A DNA stretch of 64,000 nucleotides from Candidatus Krumholzibacteriota bacterium (GTDB lineage: Bacteria > Krumholzibacteriota > Krumholzibacteriia > JAJRXK01). The translations under genes were made by a program, and so were the position numbers. Location of the stretch: the NCBI GenBank assembly GCA_963727455.1, contig CAVSGG010000011.1, forward strand, positions 31,791 through 95,790, read 5' to 3'. This document shows positions 1 through 9,336 of the stretch, piece after piece (positions within the stretch are counted from its first letter, which is position 1; each line of letters starts with the position of its first letter). Below the pieces are notes generated by a model. It ran no database searches. It saw only the letters and a list, made by a program, of their open reading frames with translations, and was not told where the DNA came from.

Positions 1-327
1 TGCCGCCCCGTGCAAAAGAAGGTCGCTCAGGTGGTAGTAGCGCGGATTCAATCCGTGAAGCAGGTAGTCGAGTCCGTAGCTCAGTCCGGTCCAGGGCCGG
101 TAGAAACCGACTTCCGGCTGGATGTGGTCGCGGACTTCGTGGGTGAAGCAAGTCAGAGGACCCGCCGGAGCTTCAAAACGGTTCGCGTCGATGAGGGGAC
201 CGCTGTCCAAGCCGGTGAAGTCCAGAGGGAGAATCCAGTAGAAGGCACCGATGGCCAGGGCGAAGACCAGCAACGCGCTCAGTCGCGCGCCCCGCCAGGA
301 GTCGGAAGAAGGGCTGTTTCGATTCAT
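1..327 (-). CDS. Membrane glycosyltransferase-like protein (GT-C/TMTC/PMT-like), N-terminal part; runs off the window edge
   Basis: Not in the ORF track. Manual translation from ATG at 327: MNRNSPSSDSWRGARLSALLVFALAIGAFYWILPLDFTGLD...GFYRPWTGLSYGLDYLLHGLNPRYYHLSDLLLHGA. A TM helix plus the YRP...YH..LLH pattern is typical of GT-C-like membrane proteins. Confidence 0.7.
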   Translation of the reverse strand, partial: MNRNSPSSDSWRGARLSALLVFALAIGAFYWILPLDFTGLDSGPLIDANRFEAPAGPLTCFTHEVRDHIQPEVGFYRPWTGLSYGLDYLLHGLNPRYYHLSDLLLHGAA

Positions 328-425
328 GGGGTCATGGTGGGACAAGCGGTCCGTTTGGTCACGCTCGAATCCACAAGGCCAGTCCGGCATAGCCCTGCCC
401 GTCTTCTGCGGCTATGTTCCTTGCC

Positions 426-3197
426 ATGAGTACTGCCATCGCGCCGAAGATCAGCAAGATCGTCCTCGCCAACGGTCTGCACATTTTCGTGCTTCCCCAA
501 GAGTTCACCTCCACCTTCGCCGCTTACTACCACTTCGACGTGGGAAGTGCGCACGATCCCGCGGGGCGTTCGGGCATCGCTCACCTGCTGGAACACATGA
601 TGTTCAAGGGCACCAAGCGTATCGGTACGACTCGGGCCAATGAATATAGCGAATTGGTGACCCGAGCTGGAGGGCATGGCATGAACGCCACCACCAGCTA
701 CGACATGACCCGCTACTACGTTCAACTTCCCTCGCACCAACTCGAGATGTGGTTTTCCCTGGAAGCGCAGAGACTTCGAGAGCCGGTGTTTCGTGATTTC
801 GAATCCGAGCGCGAGGTGGTGTTGGAGGAACGGCGACTGAGAGTCGAGAATCAGGCCGAGGGAGTGGCCTTCGAGAGGCACCGGAAACTGCTCTATCCGA
901 AACACCCCTACGGAGTGCCCGTGATCGGCTGGCCGGAGGATATCCGTGCCCTGATGCGTAGCGATGCGGAGGAGTACTTCCACACCTGGTACTCGCCTTC
1001 CAACTGCTCCATGGTCCTGGTTGGGGATCTCGACCCGCAACACGTAGAGGCTCTGGCCGAGAAGTATTTTGGCGCGTGGGAAACCCAGGATCTCCCCGAG
1101 CGTCTGCCGCGGCCGGTAAAGGGCATCGATTCCCTCCGGCGCGACAGAGTGGAGTTCGATGCCCTTGGCCATCTTCGCATGGCCTGGATCACGGTTCCAG
1201 AAAGGCACCCCGATCACGACAAGCTCTCGCTCCTTTCTGCCGTCCTGGGTGAACTAAGCTCCTCGCGTCTCACTCGTCGCCTGGTGCACGAGAGCGAGCT
1301 CGCGGCGGCGGTAATCTCCTTCGCCTACGGGCAACACGAGAGCGGAAGCTTCAACATCATCGCCCGGCCCACTTCGAAGAGCTCGTTGCGCGAGCTCGAG
1401 TCCGGAATCCTCGAGGTGGTTCACGAGCTGAGCGAGAACGGGGTCGAGCAGGAAGAACTTGATCGGGCGCGCATCTTCCTCGAGGCCAATCGCACTCAGA
1501 GACTCTACTCCAAGCTCTCGCTGGCAATGGACATCGGAGCGGAAGTCGCGCTCTCGCAAGACCCCACACGCCTGGATACCTATGAAGAGCGCCTCGCCAC
1601 CATCACTTGCCGGCAGGTAAACGAGCTCACGCAGCGATGGCTCGTCCCTGAGCAGCGTTGTGTGGTCGAACTCGAGCGCGCCGCGGGAACGGGCGGCGGC
1701 AATGGGCAGGGTCTCGCGGCCGGCGCCGGCGAAAGCGGCGAGCACCGGCGCGAAGCCGAACCGAGCCGGAGGGGAGCCGCCCATTCGGAGGGCTTCGTGG
1801 AGATGCTCTCCCTCATCGACAGTGCACCCAAGGTGCAGTTCCACGTACCCGCGGTGGGAAAAGACGTCCGCCGCGAGGAAATTGGCGCGGGGGCCACGCT
1901 CTTCCTCAAGGAAGATCACGACCTCCCCGGAATCCGATTCAACCTCCACTTCAAAGGAGGTAGCAATTCAGCTCCGCTGGAGATTCTCAGCGCCTACGCC
2001 CTGGCGGGGGCCCTGTGGCAGGAAGGGGGAACGGGCGAGCTGGACCCGAATTCCCTGGAGCGCGCCAAGGAGAGCTTGGGCGTCACCATGAGCATGCAAC
2101 CCGGACCCACCGGCTGGCAGCTCTCGCTGTGGACTCTTTCGCGCAACCTGGATCCCGCCTTGAAACTGCTGCGTGCAATGCTGCGCGAGCCGAGGCTCGA
2201 TTCCACTCGGCTGGGCATTCTGGCCAACAAGCAGATCGAGCTCATGCGGCGGCGAGCCGACTACCCCGCCTGGGCCATCGGCTTTTTGGGACAGAAAGTC
2301 CTGTACGGCGATCATCCCCGGCTGGGTTATCAGCCGACACGGGCCGAAATCGAAAATCTGAGCTCCAGCGACATTGCCCGGGTCCTCTCCCGTCATCTGG
2401 GTCCGGAAAACTGCTATCTCAACGCCGTAGGCGACTTTCATTCCGATGCGCTCATCCGGGAGCTCGAGGAACACTTCCGTGGCTGGCCGGCAGCTTCGGA
2501 CCCCGAGAGAGTGTGGCTGGAACGCGAGCCCTCGCTGAATCCCGGCGTTCACATCCTGGCCAAGGAACTGGCTCAGCCCGCGGTGCGCTTCCTCGGGGAA
2601 GTCGGAGTCGACCGAAGGATCGCTGACGAGGAACACGCCGCGCTGGAGATTCTGAACCGGATCCTAGGTGGCAGTGGCTTCCGCTCGCGTCTCATGGAGA
2701 GACTCCGCAGCGACGAAGGACTGACCTACGGCGTCTCCTCGTCCATGGCCCACGATCATCGTCCTGGCGTGCCCGGTCTGTGGGCCATCTCCTTCCAGAC
2801 CCGGAAGGACGCGGTGGCGCGCGCGGTGACAATCGTGGAAGAGGAGTGCCGCCGCCTGCGTGAAGTCCTACCCGCGCCCGACGAGGTCCACGAGCAGATC
2901 CAGGCCTGGCACAACAGCTTCCTCTTTCGCTTCGAAAACTCGGCACAGGCCGTCACGAGGCTCATGAATCACGAGTTGGACGACCGCCCCTACGAGCGGG
3001 ACCTGGAGGTCCTCGCCCAGATCGAACGCGTGTCGCGCGAACAGGTTCGCGAGGCGGCGCGGCGCTGGCTTCATCCCGAGAATTTCTCCATCACCATCTT
3101 CGGTACCCCCAGCAAGGAAGAGCGGAAAGCTCTCCAAGCTAGCCATCCCCTCAGGGACTGGGAGCGCGGTGAGGTGTTGGGGGGCGGTTACGATTGA
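426..3197 (+). CDS. M16 family (pitrilysin/insulinase-like) zinc peptidase, fused two-half form
   Basis: Inverted zinc motif HLLEH (GIAHLLEHMMFKGT), NATTSYDMTRYY, and a second M16 half with ILGGSGFRSRLMERLRSDEGLTYGV. Start 414 or 426. Confidence 0.92.
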   Translation: MSTAIAPKISKIVLANGLHIFVLPQEFTSTFAAYYHFDVGSAHDPAGRSGIAHLLEHMMFKGTKRIGTTRANEYSELVTRAGGHGMNATTSYDMTRYYVQLPSHQLEMWFSLEAQRLREPVFRDFESEREVVLEERRLRVENQAEGVAFERHRKLLYPKHPYGVPVIGWPEDIRALMRSDAEEYFHTWYSPSNCSMVLVGDLDPQHVEALAEKYFGAWETQDLPERLPRPVKGIDSLRRDRVEFDALGHLRMAWITVPERHPDHDKLSLLSAVLGELSSSRLTRRLVHESELAAAVISFAYGQHESGSFNIIARPTSKSSLRELESGILEVVHELSENGVEQEELDRARIFLEANRTQRLYSKLSLAMDIGAEVALSQDPTRLDTYEERLATITCRQVNELTQRWLVPEQRCVVELERAAGTGGGNGQGLAAGAGESGEHRREAEPSRRGAAHSEGFVEMLSLIDSAPKVQFHVPAVGKDVRREEIGAGATLFLKEDHDLPGIRFNLHFKGGSNSAPLEILSAYALAGALWQEGGTGELDPNSLERAKESLGVTMSMQPGPTGWQLSLWTLSRNLDPALKLLRAMLREPRLDSTRLGILANKQIELMRRRADYPAWAIGFLGQKVLYGDHPRLGYQPTRAEIENLSSSDIARVLSRHLGPENCYLNAVGDFHSDALIRELEEHFRGWPAASDPERVWLEREPSLNPGVHILAKELAQPAVRFLGEVGVDRRIADEEHAALEILNRILGGSGFRSRLMERLRSDEGLTYGVSSSMAHDHRPGVPGLWAISFQTRKDAVARAVTIVEEECRRLREVLPAPDEVHEQIQAWHNSFLFRFENSAQAVTRLMNHELDDRPYERDLEVLAQIERVSREQVREAARRWLHPENFSITIFGTPSKEERKALQASHPLRDWERGEVLGGGYD

Positions 3198-3290
3198 GGG
3201 CGCGCCGAAGGGGTTCGCGCGGCTTGGGACGGGATCTCAAAAGATGGGTTGCTGGCGAGCGTTTTCCAAGGCAATTCTGGCCTCCCCTTC

Positions 3291-3335
3291 CGACCGAATG
3301 TCAGTCCGAGATTCCCCCCGCTTGACAGAATGTCC
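3291..3335. promoter_or_regulatory. Two copies of a TGACA-N3-TGTCC-like operator upstream of the sigma factor gene
   Basis: TGACAGAATGTCC at 3323-3335; degenerate inverted copy CGACCGAATGTCA at 3291-3303. The same motif occurs at 21404, 21429, 23007 and 40580. Confidence 0.55.
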
Positions 3336-3491
3336 GACTGGGGCCGCTCGGTTTTGATTTTGGATTCAGACCCAGTGCTCTAACTGAATTCATTACAACG
3401 AGTTAAAATCTATAGAGCGAGACGGTAATCTCGGCGCGGGAATTGATGATGGATCCAGCTGGAACCGCGGGATTCTCCCCCACCGCAAGGC

Positions 3492-4400
3492 TTGTCCCCA
3501 CGGAACCGCGGTTACTCAGCGAGAGGAAGTACTGTGAGAAGCGCTGCTGCCACCGTCGAGAATCGGACGAATCTGGACATCTACTTCAGCGAGGTCCATC
3601 ACTACACCCCCCTGAGCCGCGACGAAGAAGTCGAGTTGGGTCGCGCCATTCGAGAGGGCGATGAAGATGCGCTGCAGAAGCTGGTCAACGCGAACCTGAG
3701 GTTCGTGGTGTCCATCGCCAAGCAGTTCGCCCGCTACGGCGTTCCCCTGGAAGATCTCATCAACGAGGGAAACTTGGGTCTGATCGAGGCCGCCAAGCGT
3801 TTCGACGAGCGCAGGGGATACAAGTTCATCTCCTACGCGGTGTGGTGGATTCGTCAGTCGATCATGATCGCGCTCGCGCAACAGTCCAAGGCGGTGCGGA
3901 TGCCGCTGAACCGCGCGCGCGCGCTACATCGTCTACGCAAAGCGAACACTCGTTTGGAGCAGAAGCTCGAGCGGGTGCCTGGAGCGGATGACCTGGCGAA
4001 GGAATTGGGCATCACCGAGGAGGAAGTGCGAGACACTCTCCCCTTGATGCACGAAGCCGTCTTCCTCGATGACACGGTCAGCGAAGGCAGCACGACGACC
4101 TACATCGATCTTTTGGCCGGCGAGGACGAACCGTCACCGGACCTTCCGATTCTCGAGGACGAACTGCGCCGCGGCGTTTCTGAAGCCCTGAAGCACCTCC
4201 GCAGCCGCGAAGCCGAGGTCCTGAGGCTCTACTTTGGCCTCGAGGGCTCCAACCAGATGACCCTCGAAGAGATCGGCAAGAGGATGAGTCTCACCCGTGA
4301 GCGCATCCGCCAGATCAAAGAAGAGGCTCTGGAGAAGATGCGCTCGCGTCGCAGCTTCAAGTTTCTCACGGACTATCGGGAGATGGCAACGCTGCACTGA
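3492..4400 (+). CDS. RNA polymerase sigma-70 factor, RpoD/RpoS-type lacking region 1.1
   Basis: LVNANLRFVVSIAK, DLINEGNLGLIEAAKRFDERRGYKFISYAVWWIRQSI, MTLEEIGKRMSLTRERIRQIKEEAL. Start codon uncertain. Confidence 0.93.
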   Translation: MSPRNRGYSARGSTVRSAAATVENRTNLDIYFSEVHHYTPLSRDEEVELGRAIREGDEDALQKLVNANLRFVVSIAKQFARYGVPLEDLINEGNLGLIEAAKRFDERRGYKFISYAVWWIRQSIMIALAQQSKAVRMPLNRARALHRLRKANTRLEQKLERVPGADDLAKELGITEEEVRDTLPLMHEAVFLDDTVSEGSTTTYIDLLAGEDEPSPDLPILEDELRRGVSEALKHLRSREAEVLRLYFGLEGSNQMTLEEIGKRMSLTRERIRQIKEEALEKMRSRRSFKFLTDYREMATLH

Positions 4401-4445
4401 GTCGCTCGGATGCCATGGGCCCTCTGGGGCTCACCGAATCCCGGT

Positions 4446-4476
4446 AGGCGGGCTATCTTTCTTGGATAGCCCGCCT
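4446..4476 (+). terminator. Stem-loop downstream of the sigma gene (possible terminator or stabiliser)
   Basis: Perfect 12-bp stem AGGCGGGCTATC-N7-GATAGCCCGCCT; U-tail is weak. Confidence 0.5.
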
Positions 4477-4545
4477 TGCATTTGAGCCAACGAGAAAACA
4501 TCGTTCAGAGCGGATGGGGCAACGACCTTCTCGCTTGGAGCTGTC

Positions 4546-6456
4546 ATGAACAAGGCCCAAGAACTCTACCGAAGCAAATTGACCACGGCTGACGAAGCAC
4601 TGAGCCAAGTGAAGTCCGGCTCGCGCGTCCTCGTTGGTTCCGGTTGCGCCGAGCCGCAGACTTTGGTCGCCGCTCTGTGCCGCCAGGCCAGTCGCCTCCA
4701 CGACGTGGAAGTCGTCCACTTGCTCACTCTAGGATCGGCCGACTACGTCAACCCCGACTACGCTGGTCACTTCCGACACAATGCGTATTTCATCGGCGGA
4801 AACGTGCGTAAGGCAGTGTGGGAGGGACGCGCCGACTATACTCCGATTTTCTTGCACGAGATTCCCGAGTTGATGCGCAGCGGTCAGCGCCCCACCGACG
4901 TGGCGCTTCTGCAGGTAACCCCGCCCGATCGACACGGATACTGCAGTCTGGGGATTCACGTCGACATCCAAATGGCAGCCGTCGAAACGGCCAAGATCCT
5001 CATCGCCGAAGTGAACCCCAACATGCCTCGTACTCTCGGCGACAGCATCATTCACATTTCGCGCTTCGATTCCCTGGTCGAGGTCGACACGCCGCTTCTG
5101 GAACTGCCATTGCAGGAACCCAATGAGGTATCGATCCGAATCGGGGGGAACATCGCCGACCTCATCGATCACGGCAGCACTTTGCAACTCGGCATCGGCA
5201 ACATTCCCAATGCCGTCCTCAAGTTCATGACCGAGAAGCGGCACCTGGGTATTCACACCGAAATGATCAGCGATGCCTGCATCTCACTCATCCAAAACGG
5301 GAACATCGACAATACGCGAAAGACCATTCACCGCGGAAAGACGGTGGTGAGTTTCGTCATGGGTTCGCGCAAACTCTATGATCTTGTCGATGACAACCCG
5401 AGCATCGAGTTCTACCCGAGCGACTATGCGAACGACCCCAGAATCATCGCGCGCAACGACAAAATGGTCGCGATCAATTCCGCCGTACAGGTCGACCTCA
5501 CCGGGCAGGTATGTAGCGACTCGATCGGCTACAAGTTCTACAGCGGAATCGGCGGTCAGGTGGATTTCATTCGCGGAGCCGCCATGAGCAAAGGAGGCAA
5601 GCCGATCATCGCGCTCCCCTCCACTGCCAAAGAGGACACGGTCAGTCGCATTGCCCCATTCCTGGACGAGGGGGCCGGCGTGGTCACGAGTCGCGGCGAC
5701 GTGCATTACGTGGTAACGGAATACGGTGTGGCCTACTTGCACGGAAAGACGATTCGCGAACGAGCTCTGGCGCTCATCAACATCGCTCATCCCAACTTCC
5801 GCGAGGACCTGCTCGATTTCGTCCGAAGCAAGCACTACGTGCAAGCCGACGAGGAAGTCTGGCGGCAGATCATGAATCCCTTCCCCGTCGACTGGGTGGA
5901 GAACCGAGAATTCGGAAACTCCGTGTGCATGGTGCGTCCCATCCGCGCCGACGACGAGCGCAAGCTCCAAGAGTTCTTCTACAGCCACGAACCCGAGACG
6001 ATCTATCAACGTTACTTCCACGCGAAGAGCCAGCTCGGTCACCAGGAAGCTGCCATGGCGTGTTCGGTCGACTACAAGAACCGCATGGCCTTCGGGGTGT
6101 TCGAACGCGCCGATCGCGAGGCCGAGCGCATCGTGGGCATCGGCAGATACGAGCTCAACAACCGCACCAACATCGCCGACACCGCCTTCGTGGTGCACGA
6201 GGACTTCCGGGGACTGGGCATCGGAAGCCACCTCCTGGAGAAGATCATCGACTACGCCAAGTCGCAGGGGATCGCGGGGATCCGCAGCGAGTTCCTTCCC
6301 ACCAACAAGGACGCCAAGGAAATCCACGAGCGGGTGGGGCACTCGCTCGAATGGGACGAAGAAGACCAGGTATATCGTGTGTTTACGCGCTTCGAGCGGC
6401 CCAAGCGCCCCCGGCGCGGGCGCGGACCCACGCACGAAGTCGAGCCCCGCGCCTAG
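4546..6456 (+). CDS. Acetyl-CoA hydrolase/4-hydroxybutyrate CoA-transferase family protein fused to a C-terminal GNAT domain
   Basis: TLQLGIGNIP, LGIHTEM, SGIGGQVDFIRGA, VVTEYGVAYLHGK. C-terminal VHEDFRGLGIGSHLL is an acetyl-CoA-binding motif. Confidence 0.9.
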   Translation: MNKAQELYRSKLTTADEALSQVKSGSRVLVGSGCAEPQTLVAALCRQASRLHDVEVVHLLTLGSADYVNPDYAGHFRHNAYFIGGNVRKAVWEGRADYTPIFLHEIPELMRSGQRPTDVALLQVTPPDRHGYCSLGIHVDIQMAAVETAKILIAEVNPNMPRTLGDSIIHISRFDSLVEVDTPLLELPLQEPNEVSIRIGGNIADLIDHGSTLQLGIGNIPNAVLKFMTEKRHLGIHTEMISDACISLIQNGNIDNTRKTIHRGKTVVSFVMGSRKLYDLVDDNPSIEFYPSDYANDPRIIARNDKMVAINSAVQVDLTGQVCSDSIGYKFYSGIGGQVDFIRGAAMSKGGKPIIALPSTAKEDTVSRIAPFLDEGAGVVTSRGDVHYVVTEYGVAYLHGKTIRERALALINIAHPNFREDLLDFVRSKHYVQADEEVWRQIMNPFPVDWVENREFGNSVCMVRPIRADDERKLQEFFYSHEPETIYQRYFHAKSQLGHQEAAMACSVDYKNRMAFGVFERADREAERIVGIGRYELNNRTNIADTAFVVHEDFRGLGIGSHLLEKIIDYAKSQGIAGIRSEFLPTNKDAKEIHERVGHSLEWDEEDQVYRVFTRFERPKRPRRGRGPTHEVEPRA

Positions 6457-6541
6457 CGGGTGCTTGCCGGATCGCACGGGGCACGGCACACTGTCGTCTT
6501 CAGCCTGGGAGTGGAGACTTCAGCCGACGGATGCCCTCAGA

Positions 6542-7600
6542 ATGCCCGAGCGATTCACAACTCGCATCCTTGCGCCGGATGAGTATCCGGAATGGGAACA
6601 ATTCGTCGCAGAATCTCCCGACGGCAGCATCTATTCCCTGCCCTCCTACCTCGATGTACTCTGTGCAGCCACCGATGCCCGCTACCGCGTCCTCGCCGTT
6701 TTTCGTGATGGCGTGATCGTGGGGGGTGTTGCTCTCTACGTGAGTTCGAGCTCAGCGGGAAATTATGTGGCTCCACGGTTCTTGCTCTACTACAACGGCC
6801 TGGTCCTGGCGCGCTCCAGCTCGAAGTATCCCTCGCAGCGCACTTCGCTGAGCCTTCACATCATGGAATCCCTGGAGTCTGCACTCCAAGAGGAAGGATT
6901 CGTTCATCTTCGTCTGCATTCGCGCGCAACACTCAGCGACGTGCGTCCCTTTCTCGCAAAGGGTTGGTCCGCGAGGCCCTCGTTCAGCTACCTCGTCGAT
7001 CTGAGCGACATCGATTCGGCCCGAAACCGGGTCGAGAGGAATTTCCGCCGCCTCATCAAACGATGCGAGAAGGATGGCATCGTGCTGAGCCAGGACGATG
7101 ACTTCGAGTCGTTCTTCGCTCTGCACGAGGAAATTCACCACCGCAAGGGTGTACCGCTCTACCTCCCGAAGCCGCGCTACCGTGAATACTATCAAAAGCT
7201 GCACGAGCGCTCGCTGTGCAAACTCTTCCATGCCCGGCTTCCGCAGGGTCAGTCCATCGCCAGCCAACTCGTACTCCTCGGTCCGCATCCCATTAGCCAC
7301 ACCGTCTGCGCCGGCGCGTCGGAGGAGCACCTGAAAACCGGCGCTTCCGTCTTCCTTCGCTGGAAGGCCTGCGAGGCTCTTGCCGCGGAGGGTTATCAGG
7401 GCAATGACCTCACCGACGCTGAACTGAATCCAGTGACACGTTTCAAGAGCCAACTGGGAGCCGAGCTGAAGCTCTCCTTCATGCTTCATCGTGAGGACGC
7501 GATGAGCTGGCGTCTGCGCAACCTGGCTCGGAGCCCCTTCAACTTCTCCCGCCGCGCGCTGCGCGCAGTGCAACGCCGCCTCGCATCGAGGGGGTCCTGA
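6542..7600 (+). CDS. GNAT/FemAB-like acyltransferase (CelD/BcsL-like)
   Basis: WEQFVAESPDGSIY, RNFRRLIKRCEKDG and VTRFKSQLGA follow the FemAB-like GNAT pattern. Start estimated. Confidence 0.72.
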   Translation: MPERFTTRILAPDEYPEWEQFVAESPDGSIYSLPSYLDVLCAATDARYRVLAVFRDGVIVGGVALYVSSSSAGNYVAPRFLLYYNGLVLARSSSKYPSQRTSLSLHIMESLESALQEEGFVHLRLHSRATLSDVRPFLAKGWSARPSFSYLVDLSDIDSARNRVERNFRRLIKRCEKDGIVLSQDDDFESFFALHEEIHHRKGVPLYLPKPRYREYYQKLHERSLCKLFHARLPQGQSIASQLVLLGPHPISHTVCAGASEEHLKTGASVFLRWKACEALAAEGYQGNDLTDAELNPVTRFKSQLGAELKLSFMLHREDAMSWRLRNLARSPFNFSRRALRAVQRRLASRGS

Positions 7601-7602
7601 AG

Positions 7603-9336
7603 GTGTTCGCCAACCGGCCTGAGATGGATCTTCTCGCTGCGGAGATCTTCTGCCGCACCCTTCTTCGGCTCGGGGTGGATGTCGTCTTCGGACTGCCCGG
7701 TACGCAGAACGAGGTGCTCTTCGAGGCCTTGGGCCGCTTGGGACCGAGGGTGGTGGTGCCAAGCCACGAGCTCGCCGCCTCTTTCGCGGTCAACGGGTAC
7801 GCTAGAAGCAGCGGCCGGCCCGGCGTCCTTCTCACGATCTCAGGGCCCGGTTTCACCTACGCGCTCAGTGGCATCGCCGAAGCGGCTCTCGATTCGGCGG
7901 CAGTACTCCACGTGGTGGTCTCCCGAACCAAGCTCAAGGACAGGAAGTTCCAGCTGCAGGACATCGATCAGAGAGCGATCGCGGCCCCTTTGGTGAAGCG
8001 AGTCTTCTGTGTGAGCGAAGCTAAGGAACTGCGCTCCACCCTCGAGGAAGCGTACTCGTACGCTCAGGAAGGCGAGCCCGGACCGGTTCTCTTGGAAATC
8101 GAATCGGATGTGCTGCGGAAGGAACTTTCTTGGCGAGATTCCCCCGCCGAGAACGAGGGCTCCACGGAGGAGGAGAGCTTCGGGGAGGAGTTGCGAGAGA
8201 CCCTTGCCCGACTTCGAGAGAATAAGAAGGTGCTGTTGCTCCTGGGTCAAGGAGCAGCGCAGGCCAATGAAGAGGCCAGGAGGCTGGCCGAGGGTCTACG
8301 AGCCGCCGTTCTCACCACGACCTCCGGACGCGGGATCCTCCCGGAGGACCATCCCCTTTCCCTGGGATTCGAATTCTCCGGCACGCGCGCGCAGGCGCGG
8401 AACGCCCTCCTGGAATGCGCCGATCTCGTTCTGACCGTCGGCTGCAAGTTCTCTCACAACTCCAGTCACGGATTCAAACTCGAGATTCCTCGGGAAAAAC
8501 TGATTCAGGTCGATCGCTCCAGGGAAGTCCTCCAGGGAAACTACCCGGCGAGCCTCAGCGTATTGGCGGACGCTCGTGAGTTCCTTTCCGCCATTCTGCG
8601 CGAGAGCCGAGAGTTTTCAAACGAAGGTCGCGGCTGGTCGAGCCAGGAACTCGACGATTGGCGCAAACGGGGTCGTCAGTCCTCGTGGATCGAGCTTCCC
8701 GAACCCTCGATCTTGGGCAAGGGGCCCGAGAAGTTCTTCAGTGCACTGCGCAACGTCATGCCGCGCGACGGCATCCTGGTCGCCGACTCGGGCCTTCACC
8801 AGCTCATGGCGCGCCGCTACTACAAGGTGTTCTGCCCGCACGGCCTGATGCTACCCACCGATTTTCAATCGATGGGCTTCGCCCTTCCCGCCGCGCTGGG
8901 CGTCAAGTTCGCCCACCCCGAACGCACCGTGGGCGCCATCGTCGGTGATGGCGGCATGGCAATGACCGGGCTCGAACTTCTCAGTGCCGTCAAGACGAAG
9001 CAACAATTCTGCGTCCTGGTGATCAACGATGGTTCCTACGGGCTCATCCGCCGCAGCCTCGAATCGGCCCACGGAAGCGCATACGGCACGGAACTGGTGA
9101 ATCCGAACTTCGAGGATCTGGCCAAGGCCACCCACGCCAATTATCTGCTCTTGAATCGCAACGCCCAGGCCAGTCTTCGCCGCGCCTTCCAGCTACCTGG
9201 CGTCACCCTGGTGGAAGTCCCGGTCACTGATTCCAGGGAGATGATACTGGCCAAAGCCAAAGGCATGGTGAAGCGAGCCGCCGGACCGCGCGTGCTGAAG
9301 AAGCTCAAGGGACTGCTCGGTCGCGGAGAGAGCTAA
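7603..9336 (+). CDS. Thiamine pyrophosphate-dependent enzyme (acetolactate synthase large subunit-like)
   Basis: VFGLPGTQN, HELAASF, GPGFT, SMGFALPAALG, and TPP motif GDGG...NDG. Confidence 0.88.
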   Translation: MFANRPEMDLLAAEIFCRTLLRLGVDVVFGLPGTQNEVLFEALGRLGPRVVVPSHELAASFAVNGYARSSGRPGVLLTISGPGFTYALSGIAEAALDSAAVLHVVVSRTKLKDRKFQLQDIDQRAIAAPLVKRVFCVSEAKELRSTLEEAYSYAQEGEPGPVLLEIESDVLRKELSWRDSPAENEGSTEEESFGEELRETLARLRENKKVLLLLGQGAAQANEEARRLAEGLRAAVLTTTSGRGILPEDHPLSLGFEFSGTRAQARNALLECADLVLTVGCKFSHNSSHGFKLEIPREKLIQVDRSREVLQGNYPASLSVLADAREFLSAILRESREFSNEGRGWSSQELDDWRKRGRQSSWIELPEPSILGKGPEKFFSALRNVMPRDGILVADSGLHQLMARRYYKVFCPHGLMLPTDFQSMGFALPAALGVKFAHPERTVGAIVGDGGMAMTGLELLSAVKTKQQFCVLVINDGSYGLIRRSLESAHGSAYGTELVNPNFEDLAKATHANYLLLNRNAQASLRRAFQLPGVTLVEVPVTDSREMILAKAKGMVKRAAGPRVLKKLKGLLGRGES

